Origin: Candidatus Marinacidobacterales bacterium
Lineage (GTDB): Bacteria; Acidobacteriota; Vicinamibacteria; Marinacidobacterales; SMYC01
Direction of reading: 5' to 3'
Assembly (NCBI GenBank): GCA_965237955.1
Contig: OZ250169.1
Location: 2,592,001 to 2,656,000 of the forward strand
DNA: 64,000 nucleotides
Of the stretch, positions 10,592 to 21,712 are shown piece after piece. Within the stretch, counting starts at the first letter, position 1, and every line of letters starts with the position of its first letter. The notes under the pieces were generated by a model. The model was given only the letters and a program-made list of their open reading frames with translations. It was not told the DNA's origin and did not search any database. The position numbers and the translations under genes were made by a program.

Positions 10592-11710
10592 ATGGAGATC
10601 TTGCCTAACTTGCGTATTCCCGGCCCTACGCCGTGCCGCGATGAAGTCCTCGAGGCGGTAGCGCGCCCGATGATGAACTACCGAGGTCCCGAGATGGCCG
10701 CACTCGTCGAAGGCCTAATCGGGAAGCACGGCAAGCGCGGCAAGCTGCAGCGTTTTCTCGAGACCGAGCACGATGTGATTCTCTTGACCGCGAGCGGTAC
10801 CGGTGGGCTCGAAGCGGTCATCCAGAACACGCTCAGCCCCGGTGATCGCGTCGTCGGCGTCGACGCGGGTGTTTTCGGGAAGCGATTCGTCTCGGTGGCA
10901 AGAGCGTTCGGCGCGTCGGTGCGCACGATCGACGTCGAGTGGGGACGGGCTCTCGAGCCGGACACGTTGAAAAACGTACTCCGTGAGGAACGCGCGTGCC
11001 GCGCCGTGCTCCTCACCCACAACGAAACGTCCACCGCGATTCGGCACCCGATCGAAGAGCTTTCGGAAGTCGTTCACCGCGAGAGCGACGCTCTTTTGTG
11101 TGTCGATGGCGTCTCGAGTCTGGGCGCGATGCCGCTTCCAATGGATACACTCGGCATCGACATCGTGATCTCGGGCTCTCAAAAGGCGTGGGGTGTACCG
11201 CCGGGAATGGCGATCTTGTGCTTGTCCCCGAAAGCGTGGGACGCGTGTGAGAAGGCGAAGATGCCACGTTTTTACTTCGACTTGAACCGCTACCGCGATG
11301 CGCAGAACCGAGGCAGCTTTCCGTTCACGCCATCGCTTCCGATCGTGTTCGGTCTCGACCTAGCACTCGATTTCATGCTGCAAGAGACTGCTGAGGGAGT
11401 TTTTGCGCGTCATGCGAGGATCGCCGCGCGCGCGCGCGCGCGCGTGCGCGGCATGGGCCTCGAGCTTTTCGCCGACGAAGACCATCCCTCACCGACCGTT
11501 ACCGCCATCCGCGTCCCCGATGCGATCGACGAGCCGGCGCTGGTCGAGTTGCTCAAAACTAAACACGACACGATTTACGCTCGTGGTCAAGAAAAACTCC
11601 GAGGGACCATCGTGCGCCTCGGGCATCTCGGATGGGTGCAAGAGCCCGAGATCGACGATGCGCTCGACGCGCTCCGTCTGTCTCTTCGAGAGCTAGCGTC
11701 CGCCGGGTGA
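10592..11710 (+). CDS. Class V PLP aminotransferase (alanine-glyoxylate / serine-pyruvate family)
   Basis: IPGPT, SGTGGLE, HNETST, VDGVSS, SGSQKAW motifs. Confidence 0.92.
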   Translation: MEILPNLRIPGPTPCRDEVLEAVARPMMNYRGPEMAALVEGLIGKHGKRGKLQRFLETEHDVILLTASGTGGLEAVIQNTLSPGDRVVGVDAGVFGKRFVSVARAFGASVRTIDVEWGRALEPDTLKNVLREERACRAVLLTHNETSTAIRHPIEELSEVVHRESDALLCVDGVSSLGAMPLPMDTLGIDIVISGSQKAWGVPPGMAILCLSPKAWDACEKAKMPRFYFDLNRYRDAQNRGSFPFTPSLPIVFGLDLALDFMLQETAEGVFARHARIAARARARVRGMGLELFADEDHPSPTVTAIRVPDAIDEPALVELLKTKHDTIYARGQEKLRGTIVRLGHLGWVQEPEIDDALDALRLSLRELASAG

Positions 11711-11741
11711 GCCGACACGTTTTCTCCCGGTTGTTTTATTG

Positions 11742-13061
11742 ATGCGCCGCGAATTCTGGCCAATGCTGCGTCTTGCGACGCCCGTCGTGGTGGCGGAGCT
11801 CGGCTGGACTGCCATGGCGACCGTCGACACGCTGATGGTTGGACGCCTCAGTGCGGAAGCTATCGGCGCCGTGAGTCTCGGCTCGGCCATTTTTCTCGGC
11901 GTCACCATCTTCGGGATGGGATTGCTCCTGGGGTTGGACACGTTGATCTCCCAGGCTTACGGCGCGGGACGACTTCGAGACTGCCACCGTTCGCTGATCC
12001 ATGGAATCTATGCGGCGTTGATTCTGGCGTTGCCGTTGACCGCCATCTTGGCGGCGGTGATGCGGGCCTTGCCCGAGCTCGGCATCAATCCCACCGTCCT
12101 CGAGTTGACGATCCCGTACCTGCGGCCGGTGACGTGGAGCCTTCTCCCCCTGCTGCTGTACGCCGCGTCGCGCCGTTATCTACAGGCAACGGGTCATGAG
12201 AGCTCGGTGATGGTGGTTCTCATGATCGCCAACGTCGTCAACGCGCTCACGAACTGGGGGCTCGTCTTCGGAAAGTGGGGCCTTCCTGAGCTCGGCGTCG
12301 TCGGCGCCGGGTGGGCGACGTTCGCGTCGCGCGCCTTCATGGCAGTCGTTCTTCTCGGCGCGATCGTGGTCTACGAGTGGAGGAACCCTCGCGGTCTCTT
12401 CCAAACCCCGCTGGGCCTCGAGTGGTCGCGCTTTCGTGAGCTCTTTGCACTTGGGCTTCCGGCGGCGGTTCACATCACGCTCGAGATGGGACTGTTCAGT
12501 GTCGCGACCGCGCTTGCAGCACGGCTCGACGCCGCGTCGCTAGCTGCGCATCAGATCGCGTTGAGCGTGGCAGCGACGACGTTCATGGTGCCGCTCGGCG
12601 TCTCGTCTGCGGGAGCGGTACGCGTGGGCCATGCCATGGGCGCGCGGGATCGCGACAGCGTCGCGCACGGGGGGTGGATGGCGATCGTGTTTGGCGTTGG
12701 CTTCATGGGCCTTGCGGCCATCACCCTGTTCCTCTTCCCGAAACAGATCATCGGTCTGTTCACCAGCGATGCCGACGTGCTCGCGGTGGGGGTATCACTT
12801 CTCTACATTGCCGCGTTCTTTCAACTCTTCGACGGGCTTCAAGTCGTCACCGCGGGCGTGCTCCGCGGGCTCGGCGATACGCGCACGCCCATGGTGGCGG
12901 GGCTCATTGGTTATTGGTTGCTCGGGCTTCCTACCGGCTATTTCCTCTGCTTTCGGTTCGAGCGTGGGGTGAGCGGGTTGTGGATCGGTATGTTGGTCGG
13001 GCTCGCCACCGTCGGCGTCGTGCTGCTCGCCGTGTGGGTCAGGCGCCTCCGACGTCTCTAG
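11742..13061 (+). CDS. MATE family efflux transporter (NorM-like)
   Basis: About 12 TM segments; VDTLMVGRL, SQAYGA, AAHQIA, FQLFDGLQ, LRGLGDTRTP. Confidence 0.93.
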   Translation: MRREFWPMLRLATPVVVAELGWTAMATVDTLMVGRLSAEAIGAVSLGSAIFLGVTIFGMGLLLGLDTLISQAYGAGRLRDCHRSLIHGIYAALILALPLTAILAAVMRALPELGINPTVLELTIPYLRPVTWSLLPLLLYAASRRYLQATGHESSVMVVLMIANVVNALTNWGLVFGKWGLPELGVVGAGWATFASRAFMAVVLLGAIVVYEWRNPRGLFQTPLGLEWSRFRELFALGLPAAVHITLEMGLFSVATALAARLDAASLAAHQIALSVAATTFMVPLGVSSAGAVRVGHAMGARDRDSVAHGGWMAIVFGVGFMGLAAITLFLFPKQIIGLFTSDADVLAVGVSLLYIAAFFQLFDGLQVVTAGVLRGLGDTRTPMVAGLIGYWLLGLPTGYFLCFRFERGVSGLWIGMLVGLATVGVVLLAVWVRRLRRL

Positions 13062-13082
13062 CTGGCTGATTCGCAAACACAG

Positions 13083-13174
13083 ACGCAAAGGCGCCAAGAC
13101 GCGAAGGCGCAAAGGACCCGAGTCGAAGAGTCAACTCGAATCCTTTGCGTCTTGGCGCCTTTGCGCCTTTGCGT
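13083..13174. repeat. REP-like inverted repeat with four 8-nt CGCAAAGG-type units per arm
   Basis: Arms 13083-13116 and 13141-13174 between convergent genes. Confidence 0.85.
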
Positions 13175-13197
13175 TATGTTTTTCTGCCCTATCCCCG

Positions 13198-14019
13198 CTA
13201 GGGAGTTACCCGAGCTTCGTTGGCGGGATCAGCGGCAGCGACCCCAGCATAATTATTCGCCTCGATCTCGTGCCATCGGGTGTCGTGCTCGGGCCAACCG
13301 GCGAGCATCGCGGGAACTCCCGACGCGAACACCAGCCAGTTAAAGCGGATATTCTCGTGGTGCCACTCCTTGATGGCCGAGCCTCGCTCCGCCTGGAGAC
13401 TATGGACGATCTCGTGCGAGAGCACCCACTGCGCGTCGTCGCCGATCGCGTCGATCCAAATCACTCCGGGCACGTAGTAGCCGCGCAATCCCGGCGGTGG
13501 ATCGCGGTTCAAGAAAACGAGGCTACCGCTCGTGAGGGTACGTTTCGTGTCGAAGGTGTATTGATCTGAGAACACGTAGTACGCGGAGAACGCGGCGTTG
13601 ATGGCGTCGAGCTCGAGGTGCGGCGAGCCGTCCCACTTGAAGTGGACGAACGAGTGCGTCAACTCCCAGTTGGTGTACAGAGATTCGTCGAAAACCGGAT
13701 AGCCTTGGATCGAACGGCGTGTCGTCAAGCTCGACTTCTGTGCAAGCGCTTTGCCGACGAGAGCGAGGTTCGGATTCTGCGCGGCGATGCTGTAACCGCC
13801 GTGGGCCATCAACCCCGAGACGGCACCTTCCTTCAAGGCTTGTTTGAACGCGCGTTTCGGCGATTCGTGATGCACCACCATCTTGCCCACGAAGCTGATT
13901 GCGATGTTAAAGCCCACCTGTCCCGCGATGAGCTTCGGGTCCCGCCACTGCGCTTCCCCCGCCCGTGCGAACAGGAAGCAACCCAGGCAGAGACCGCAGA
14001 TCCAATGACGGCTCCCCAT
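13198..14019 (-). CDS. Exported hypothetical protein with HExxH motif
   Basis: GAGGGG RBS before ATG 14019; signal peptide ending AGEA-Q; SHEIVH plus downstream HEIEAN. Confidence 0.7.
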   Translation of the reverse strand: MGSRHWICGLCLGCFLFARAGEAQWRDPKLIAGQVGFNIAISFVGKMVVHHESPKRAFKQALKEGAVSGLMAHGGYSIAAQNPNLALVGKALAQKSSLTTRRSIQGYPVFDESLYTNWELTHSFVHFKWDGSPHLELDAINAAFSAYYVFSDQYTFDTKRTLTSGSLVFLNRDPPPGLRGYYVPGVIWIDAIGDDAQWVLSHEIVHSLQAERGSAIKEWHHENIRFNWLVFASGVPAMLAGWPEHDTRWHEIEANNYAGVAAADPANEARVTP

Positions 14020-14306
14020 GGTGTCCCCCTCGACGTAGTCATACAAAGCAAGTTCGCTGCCATAGTGGGTCGCTCGTCGAAAAGGCGTACCGAAAGGATT
14101 TGTACCTCCCGCTATCCGCCGGCTTCTCGAAGTCGTAGGGAGAACCCCCCGGACGGGGTGTCATTTCTTCCGAATGACGGACACTCGTGTGAGAAATGTC
14201 ACCGGTTCGGGAGCAGACGGCGGTTGATGTAAGATGGCCCGATGCGCATCGAGTTGACCGGACAAGACGTCGTCGAACAAACACTAGGTACCGAAGGAGC
14301 ATTGTC

Positions 14307-15965
14307 ATGACCACCAAGACGAGCTCGGCGCGCAGCGTACGCGCTCCTCGAGGCACTAAGCTCACGTGCAAAGGCTGGCCGCAGGAAGCGGCCTACCGCA
14401 TGATCCAGAACAACCTCGATCCGGAAGTCGCCGAGCGGCCCGAAGATCTCGTCGTGTACGGCGGCACCGGGAAGGCTGCGAGGAGTTGGACAGACTTCGA
14501 TCGGATATTGGGCGCTCTCGAGAATCTCGAATCGGACGAGACGCTTCTCGTTCAATCGGGCCGCCCCGTGGGCATTGCGCAAACCCACCCCGACGCGCCG
14601 CGGGTGATCATCGCGAACTCGATGCTCGTGCCCCACTGGGCGACGTGGAAAGAGTTTCGTCGGCTCGAGGCGCTGGGGCTGACGATGTACGGGCAGATGA
14701 CGGCCGGAAGCTGGATCTACATCGGAAGCCAAGGGATTCTGCAGGGCACCTACGAAACCTTTGGCGCGTGCGCGGAGAGAGACTTCGGGGGCAGCTTAGC
14801 AGGGCGCCTCGTCGTGACCGGCGGGCTCGGTGGCATGGGTGGGGCGCAGCCGCTGGCGGTCACGATGAACGGCGGTGTTTGCCTCGCCGCGGAAGTCGAC
14901 CCCGCCCGCGTGGAGCGCCGTCTCGAGCACGCGTATCTCGACCGCGCGAGCTCGGACCTCGACGAGGCGCTCCGATGGTGTGACCAAGCGGTGCAAAAAA
15001 AGGAAGCGCTGTCGGTGGGGTATCGAGGCAACGCGGCCGACTTGCTCGGTGAGCTCATCGCCAGGAACCGCACTCCCGACGTGTTGACCGATCAAACGTC
15101 GGCGCACGACGAGCTGAACGGCTATGTTCCGAACGGCATGGGCTACGACGACGCGCTCGCGCTTCGAGAATCGGATCCGGATAAATACATCGCCGAGTCG
15201 ATGCGGACCATGGCCGATCACGTACGATCCATGCTCGAGCTTCAAAAACGAGGCGCGACGACGTTCGACTACGGCAACAACATACGGGGCCAAGCGATCG
15301 AAGCCGGTGTCGACAACGCCCTCGACATCATCGGGTTCGTCCTCGCCTACATCCGCCCGCTTTTTTGCGAGGGCTCGGGTCCGTTCCGGTGGGTAGCGCT
15401 CTCGGGCGATGCGGCCGACATTGCTCGCACCGACGATGCCGTGCTCGAGACGTTTCCCAAAAACGATCACTTGGCCCGGTGGATTCGACTCGCGCGCGAA
15501 AAAGTTCACTTCCAGGGACTCCCGTCGCGCATTTGCTGGCTCTCGTACGGAGAGCGCGCGAAGTTGGGTCTGGTGTTCAACGAGCTCGTTGCCAAAGGTG
15601 AGATCCGAGCGCCGATCGTGATTGGGCGCGATCATCTCGACTGCGGATCGGTCGCGTCCCCGTATCGGGAGACCGAAGGGATGAAAGACGGCTCGGACGC
15701 CATCGCCGATTGGCCGATTTTGAACGCGCTCCTCAACACCGCCTGCGGCGCGACGTGGGTGAGTGTTCACCACGGTGGGGGTGTCGGGATCGGCTTCGCC
15801 ATCCACGCGGGCCAGGTCATCGTGGCCGATGGGACCGATGCCGCGGCGAAACGACTCGAGCGCGTACTGACCGCGGATCCGGCAATGGGTATCTTTCGGC
15901 ATGTGGATGCGGGATACGAGCGTGCCGTGGAGATTGGTCGTGAACGCGGGGTGAAGATTCCGTGA
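14307..15965 (+). CDS. hutU: Urocanate hydratase
   Basis: [55 protein letters not shown]; GAAGGAG RBS. Confidence 0.98.
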   Translation: MTTKTSSARSVRAPRGTKLTCKGWPQEAAYRMIQNNLDPEVAERPEDLVVYGGTGKAARSWTDFDRILGALENLESDETLLVQSGRPVGIAQTHPDAPRVIIANSMLVPHWATWKEFRRLEALGLTMYGQMTAGSWIYIGSQGILQGTYETFGACAERDFGGSLAGRLVVTGGLGGMGGAQPLAVTMNGGVCLAAEVDPARVERRLEHAYLDRASSDLDEALRWCDQAVQKKEALSVGYRGNAADLLGELIARNRTPDVLTDQTSAHDELNGYVPNGMGYDDALALRESDPDKYIAESMRTMADHVRSMLELQKRGATTFDYGNNIRGQAIEAGVDNALDIIGFVLAYIRPLFCEGSGPFRWVALSGDAADIARTDDAVLETFPKNDHLARWIRLAREKVHFQGLPSRICWLSYGERAKLGLVFNELVAKGEIRAPIVIGRDHLDCGSVASPYRETEGMKDGSDAIADWPILNALLNTACGATWVSVHHGGGVGIGFAIHAGQVIVADGTDAAAKRLERVLTADPAMGIFRHVDAGYERAVEIGRERGVKIP

Positions 15966-16083
15966 GGGTCGGTATTGTTCCCGCTTCGCGCTCACATCTC
16001 ATACCCTCGAAGGTGCCCGTTGCGGACGATTCGGCACAAGAATACGGCATACGGTCGGATGCGCGTCTTGCCTTCGTCGGGCG

Positions 16084-17316
16084 ATGTTGATCATCGAGAA
16101 CGTCGGGGAGCTTTTTCTTCCCGCCGCCGCCGGGGCGCCGGTTCGGAACGATTGTGAGATTCGGTCGCTTCGTGGGGCTTACGTTTGTATCGAGGGCGGG
16201 ATCATCGTTGACTTGGGAGGGGGAAGCTCGCCTTCGGGCGGGAGTGACACCATCGATGCCGGTGGGGGGCTCGTCATTCCGGGGCTTATTGATTCTCATA
16301 CGCATCTCGTTTTCGCGGGGACGCGCGAGGACGAGTTTGCGATGCGCTGCGCGGGGAAAAGCTATCTCGAGATCGCGAAAGCGGGTGGGGGGATTCAACG
16401 AACGGTTGCTGCCGTCCGCGCGGCGAGTCTCGACGAGCTCGTGGAGCTCGCGCTCCCGCGGCTTGGCCGGATGCTGTCCTACGGCGTCACGACGGTGGAG
16501 GTGAAAAGCGGCTATGGGCTCAACGTTGACGACGAGATCAAGATGCTCGAGGCTGTTCGTAAGCTGTCCGAGCTCCAGCCGATCGAGCTAATAGGTACCT
16601 ATCTCGCGGCGCACACGCTACCGGCGGAGTATCGCGATCGGCGTGACGCCTACGTCGATCTCGTCGTGAGCGACGAGCTCATGGGGCGCGTCGCCGCCGA
16701 TGGACTCGCGGAGTTTTGCGACGTGTTCTGCGAGGATTCGGCATTCACCGTGGACGAGTCGCGTCGTGTTCTCGAAAAAGGCAAGGAGCGCGGCCTCGCT
16801 CCCAAGATTCACGCCGATCAGATCACACAGATGGGAGCGTCTCGTCTTGCCGCCGAGCTCGGTGCGGTGACCGCCGAGCATCTCGAGCACATCGACGCCG
16901 GCGGGATCGCCGCGCTCGAAGAGGCCTCAGTCATCGCCGGGCTCATTCCCGGCTGCTCGTTCTATCTCGGTGTGCCCCAGGCACCCGCCAGGAAGCTCAT
17001 CGAACACCGCATCCCCATAGCGGTCTCGACGGATTACAACCCGGGCTCGTCCGTCGTCGAGTCGCTGCCGCTCGTGCTCTCGATTGCGTGCACGCAAGCC
17101 AAGATGGCGCCATCGGAAGCACTCGTCGGCGCCACCGTGAATGCCGCGGCCGCTCTCGATCGCGGTGCGCGCCTCGGACGTATCGAGAAACGGATGCAAG
17201 CCGACCTCGTCGTGCTCGATGTTCCGAGCGTGGACCAGTGGCTCTATCAAGTCGGTCGTAACGCCGTCACGACCGTGATCAAGAACGGCCGCATAGTGCA
17301 CCAACGCGCGTCATGA
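16084..17316 (+). CDS. hutI: Imidazolonepropionase
   Basis: PGLIDSHTHLVFAG, EVKSGYGL, LAAH, DVFCE, KIHADQ, STDYNPGSS. Confidence 0.96.
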   Translation: MLIIENVGELFLPAAAGAPVRNDCEIRSLRGAYVCIEGGIIVDLGGGSSPSGGSDTIDAGGGLVIPGLIDSHTHLVFAGTREDEFAMRCAGKSYLEIAKAGGGIQRTVAAVRAASLDELVELALPRLGRMLSYGVTTVEVKSGYGLNVDDEIKMLEAVRKLSELQPIELIGTYLAAHTLPAEYRDRRDAYVDLVVSDELMGRVAADGLAEFCDVFCEDSAFTVDESRRVLEKGKERGLAPKIHADQITQMGASRLAAELGAVTAEHLEHIDAGGIAALEEASVIAGLIPGCSFYLGVPQAPARKLIEHRIPIAVSTDYNPGSSVVESLPLVLSIACTQAKMAPSEALVGATVNAAAALDRGARLGRIEKRMQADLVVLDVPSVDQWLYQVGRNAVTTVIKNGRIVHQRAS

Positions 17317-17477
17317 AGATCGTCGAGCCCGAGCTGCTGTGGTCGGAAGGTAGCTTCCAGCGAGGACTCCAGCTCGAGATCGGAGGTGATGGGACGATTG
17401 CGCGGGTGGGAGCGTCGCTGGATCCTGAATGCTGGATGCTGATTAAAACGCATACTCAAACCCGATCAACGGCGTAA
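17313..17477 (+). pseudogene. hutF: Probable N-terminal remnant of formimidoylglutamate deiminase
   Basis: ATGA-coupled to hutI; MKIVEPELLWSEGSFQRGLQLEIGGDGTIARVG resembles HutF N-termini, then runs into a heptamer array and stops after 54 aa. Confidence 0.55.
17417..17444. repeat. Heptamer tandem repeat (GCTGGAT-type, four units)
   Basis: gctggat cctgaat gctggat gctgatt. Confidence 0.65.
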
Positions 17478-18780
17478 TCTTATCCCGCAAGCCATTGTCA
17501 TCGAGATTGAACAAGATGTTCATGTCGATGAGAAGGCTCTCGACGACGTTGAGCTTGAAGCCGACAGCGCCGCTCAGCAAGTTGTAGCTCTCGTTCTCGA
17601 ACCTGACCGTGGGAAACGTGACGGCAGAGGTTCGCATCCCGGAATTGAAATCACGTGCCTGAAACTCCGTCTTGACGAGGCGTGGCGCGTCGAGCAGATA
17701 GTTCCCGAGGATGTCGATCACGAAGGTGAACCGCTCACTGACGCCGAAGTCGGCGCCGATGACGTACGTCGCCTGATCGGGCAAATCGGCGGACTCTCCC
17801 GTCGCCGGATTGCCGGCAAGGACGCTCGAGCCGTTCCAGAGATACCCGACGTTGATGTGCGGTGAGAACGCGCGTGATGACCTGGATAAGATCAAGAACG
17901 GGCGATTTCCAGGAGCGCCGACACCAAGCAGGTTTTTCTCGTCGCCCGTCGGCATCCGGATGTCCAGACCGAAAGCGGAGCCTGAGCTCATGCGCCCTTT
18001 GAGGCGTATCGTCAGATCGCCGATACCGCTCGCGCTTCCGGACGCCGTGAACGAGCGCTGGTTTCCGATAGTGTCACCTTGCTGCCGGTAGAAGTGGACT
18101 ATTTCATTGCTGGCGGTACCGAGGCGCTGCACCGTGGCGGTGGAGACGACCGTCAAGTCCGTGCTCACGATCGGAATAGCCAGCGACAGGTCGACTCTGT
18201 CGGTGAGCCCGTAGCTGACGAACGTCGTGAACTGGTTGACTCGAGCGGTGATGGCATTGGAGGTCGTGACGACGTCGATACGGCCTCCAGCCCTGAACGC
18301 GCTGTCGTGCTCGAACACTGACGGCACGCTGCTCAAGTCGAGCCCTTCGATCGTGTCGAAGGTGAAGTTCTGGAACGTGAACCCAAAGCTGAAGCGGCTG
18401 CCACCGATGGTTTCGGCACGTTCGGCCAGGATAGGACCGAAGCTCTGACTCGAGCGTTGAAAGACGCCGAGCTCCGAATCGAACTCGTACGTGAAGCCCG
18501 ACGCCGGAGACGGCAGGGGGACGGAGGCCAGTTGACTCGTCAGCGCGACGCCAAACTGGGTGAACTGCGACTGGAAGTCGCTGTTGTAGTGCGCCGAGTG
18601 GGTTCCGCCGCCCGGGAGCTCCGCGAGGCTATCCACGATCAGACCGCCGGGCCCATAGAGTTGGGTGAAAATCGTCGACAGCTCGTCGACGGGGATGGCG
18701 ACATTGAAGGGCTCTTGCGCAGAGACCAAGCGCGACGACAGGAGCAGCGCAAGTCCGAGTAGCGATGTTCGCTTTAGCAT
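17443..18780 (-). CDS. Putative outer-membrane beta-barrel protein
   Basis: Sec signal MLKRTSLLGLALLLSSRLVSA-Q; alternating hydrophobic strands; C-terminal GFEYAF typical of BAM substrates. Confidence 0.8.
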   Translation of the reverse strand: MLKRTSLLGLALLLSSRLVSAQEPFNVAIPVDELSTIFTQLYGPGGLIVDSLAELPGGGTHSAHYNSDFQSQFTQFGVALTSQLASVPLPSPASGFTYEFDSELGVFQRSSQSFGPILAERAETIGGSRFSFGFTFQNFTFDTIEGLDLSSVPSVFEHDSAFRAGGRIDVVTTSNAITARVNQFTTFVSYGLTDRVDLSLAIPIVSTDLTVVSTATVQRLGTASNEIVHFYRQQGDTIGNQRSFTASGSASGIGDLTIRLKGRMSSGSAFGLDIRMPTGDEKNLLGVGAPGNRPFLILSRSSRAFSPHINVGYLWNGSSVLAGNPATGESADLPDQATYVIGADFGVSERFTFVIDILGNYLLDAPRLVKTEFQARDFNSGMRTSAVTFPTVRFENESYNLLSGAVGFKLNVVESLLIDMNILFNLDDNGLRDKITPLIGFEYAF

Positions 18781-20281
18781 GGAAGGCACCTCAGTGTAGT
18801 TCTGGAAACGGGCTAATGGATATCGGTGATGACCCAACTACCATTGGATTTTTGAAGAACAAAACTCTGCTGACGACTGTTCCCGTTTTGGGAGCGGCCG
18901 CGGATGACGATGACATCTCTTCGGATGACGGCGACCGTCGCGGTGTCACCTTCGATGGTGACCTTTTGAACGTCGAGCTCGACGTCGTGCGAATCTATGT
19001 CCGCGAACGAGTTCGTCAGCCGTTTCGCTTCGTCGCGCGTCAAGTTGGGCTTCGCTTGGCGGAAGAGATCGAGGTTCTCAGACTCGAGCGCTCGCTCATA
19101 CGTCGCGAGCGTTTGACGGATAGCAGTCTCGTCTTGAGCTCGACTCGGCGCCGAGCTCGTCACCGAAGCTGAGCTCGTAGAGGGCACGCTCGTGGGCGCC
19201 GGTGGTGGCGCCACGGCCGCGCGGCGCGACTGAGCTTCGGCGTACTCTTGCCGCGCCGTCTCGAGATACGACGTGGCCGTCTCGTAGGCTCTCGCCGCCC
19301 CGGCGAGATCGCCCGAGCGCTCGAGAGCTTTGGCCGATGCTTCCTCCGACATCGCTCTTTGATACGAAGGCCGGGAAGCGACACCCGTATCGGCCGGCTG
19401 ATTGCGCAGACGGGTCCATTGACTCTGAGCTTGCTCGAAGGCAGCCCGCGCACTGGCCTGCGATGCCGCCTGGCGCTCCACTTGGGCGAGCCTTTGGCCT
19501 TCGGCCTGGCGGTGCGCGGCGACGGATTGTGTGAACTGGTCGCGCGCGGCGAGATACTTCTGCGCCGCGTTCGTGTACTCGCCGCGGTTGAAATCCGCGC
19601 TGGCTTCCTGGCGCCTGAGATCGGCTTGGCGGAACTCGGCGCGAGCGCCCTCGGCCTGGCTCTGGAAATGCTGGTTCAGTTGATCGTTGAGCTCCGCTCC
19701 CAACGGGTGCGACGGATCGAGAGCCAACACCTGCCCGAGTGCTTCCGCCGCTTCTGCGGTCGCTCCTCGCGCGAGGGCCGCACGGGCCTGGGTCACGGCC
19801 GCGTCGATTTCGTCGAGCGCTTGGCGCGCCTCGCTCTGGACCTGGAGCGCTTCCGCGTTTTGCGGATCGTTGGCGAGGATGGTGTCGGCTTGGCTCAGCG
19901 CAGCGCTGTAGTCGCGCTGGCTGAGGCTGGTCAGCATGAGCTCTTGTTGGCTCGCGCTCAGCTGTTGGCTCAGCTCTTCGACGCTCGGGCCTTCTCGCCC
20001 GGGGCCACCCGAAAGGTAGAACAATCCACCCGCGATCGCGGCGACGAGAACGGCGCCGCCGACGTAGAGGCCGATGGGCCGCGACGGCGTGATCGGACCC
20101 ACCGAATGGGACGTCATCTCGCGCTGGCGCATCGTCCCGCCCCGGCTCCCGGACGCCGAAGCTCCGGTCCCGGCGCGCGCGGGAACACTCCGCGCCGAGC
20201 GCGCCGGAGCGGAAGTGTTTCGGTTCAGCTGGAACATGACAGTCCTGAAGTTAAAATACGCACATGGAAAAAGGAGCTGTC

Positions 20282-21554
20282 ATGAGCAAAGGTCGTCGTC
20301 GTCACACTGCGGAGCAAAAGGCAGAGCTGTTGCGCCAGCACGTTGCCGAGAAAAAGCCGGTCTCGGAGGTATGCAACGAGGCAGAAATCCAGCCGAGCCT
20401 GTTCTACACATGGCAAAGGGAGCTATTGGCTGGAGCCCATACGGTGTTTTCGTTCCGTCGTGCGCCGAGCCGTGAGAAGGAGCTAGAGGAGAAGCTCTCC
20501 CGTCTCGAGGCGAAGGTGGCCCGTAAGGATCAGATCATCGCTGAGGTGACCGAAGAGTACGTGACACTCAAAAAAAACTTGGGGAAGCCTGAGTGGTGCC
20601 TGGATTCCCCATGACCGTCGTGACGAGGTTGTCGACTTCGTGAACACAATCGCCACCAAGACCCAGCTTCCGGTCCAGCAGATCGTTCAGTGGTGCGGGA
20701 TCGCTCGGGGCAAGTTCTACGACTGGCGCAAGCGGTACGGGAAGGTGAATGAGCACAACGGCCTGGTGCTGCGGGATCACTGGATCGAAGAATGGGAGCG
20801 CCAGTCCGTGATCGACTACTTCGACTGCCACCCACTGGACGGGTATCGCCGACTCACGTTCATGATGCTGGACGAAGACGTGGTGGCAGTTAGCCCCTCG
20901 ACGACGTACCGGGTGTTGTCGAAGGCGGGTCGTCTGGACCGTTGGAACCCGAAGCCGTCGAAGAAGGGAACGGGCTTCGTTCAGCCGCTGCGAGCGCACC
21001 AGCACTGGCACACGGATATCTCGTACTTGAACCTGGGTGGGACGTTCTACTACCTCTGCTCGTTTCTGGATGGTGCGAGCCGCGCGGTGGTTCACTGGGA
21101 GATTCGTGAGTCGATGACGGAAGCGGATGTGGAGTGCATCTTGGAGCGAGCAAAGGAGCGGTACCCCGATGCGCGGCCTCGAATCATCTCGGACAACGGT
21201 CCGCAGTACATCGCGAAGGACTTCAAGGCATTCATCCGCATCTCAGGGATGACGCACGTGAGGACCGCGCCGTACTACCCGCAATCGAACGGGAAGATCG
21301 AGCGTTGGCACAAGACGATAAAATCGGACGCCCTGCGTCCTGCCAGCCCCACGAGCCTCGAAGAGGCTCGCCGCTTGATGGAACGATTCGTCGAATATTA
21401 CAACGGGGTTCGCCTGCACAGCGCGATCGGCTACATTGCGCCGCTGGACTTCATGGATGGCAAGGCCACCCAGATCTGGTCGGAGCGAGACCGCAAACTC
21501 GAGCAGGCTCGGAAGCTGCGGCGTGAGCGCCGTGCGAACAAGGTGCCCGCATGA
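20282..21554 (+). CDS. IS3-family transposase OrfA/OrfB
   Basis: HTH OrfA at 20282-20614; DDE OrfB (WHTDI, SDNGPQY, SNGKIERW, HSAIGY); A8 run at 20570-20577. Confidence 0.92.
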
Positions 21555-21606
21555 ACACTCTGATCCCAGGAGCCCCACTCCGTTCCCTCTCGCCCACAAG
21601 CATTGA

Positions 21607-21712
21607 GTACCAGAGAGCGCAGGGGGCGTCAAGGGCGGCGAAGCCGGCGCGCGCAGCGCGCTTTACCGCGCGCAGCGCGCTTTACCCTTGACGCCCCCGA
21701 GCACTCTGGTAC
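21607..21712. repeat. Long hairpin with internal 19-bp tandem duplication in the IS3 3' region
   Basis: Perfect 9-bp and 14-bp stems (GTACCAGAG; GGGGGCGTCAAGGG) enclosing (CGCGCGCAGCGCGCTTTAC)x2. Confidence 0.85.

Noticed and set aside
7668-13174. Possible CRISPR repeats
   Set aside because: These are isolated inverted pairs of short units, not regularly spaced direct repeats with unique spacers, and no cas genes are present
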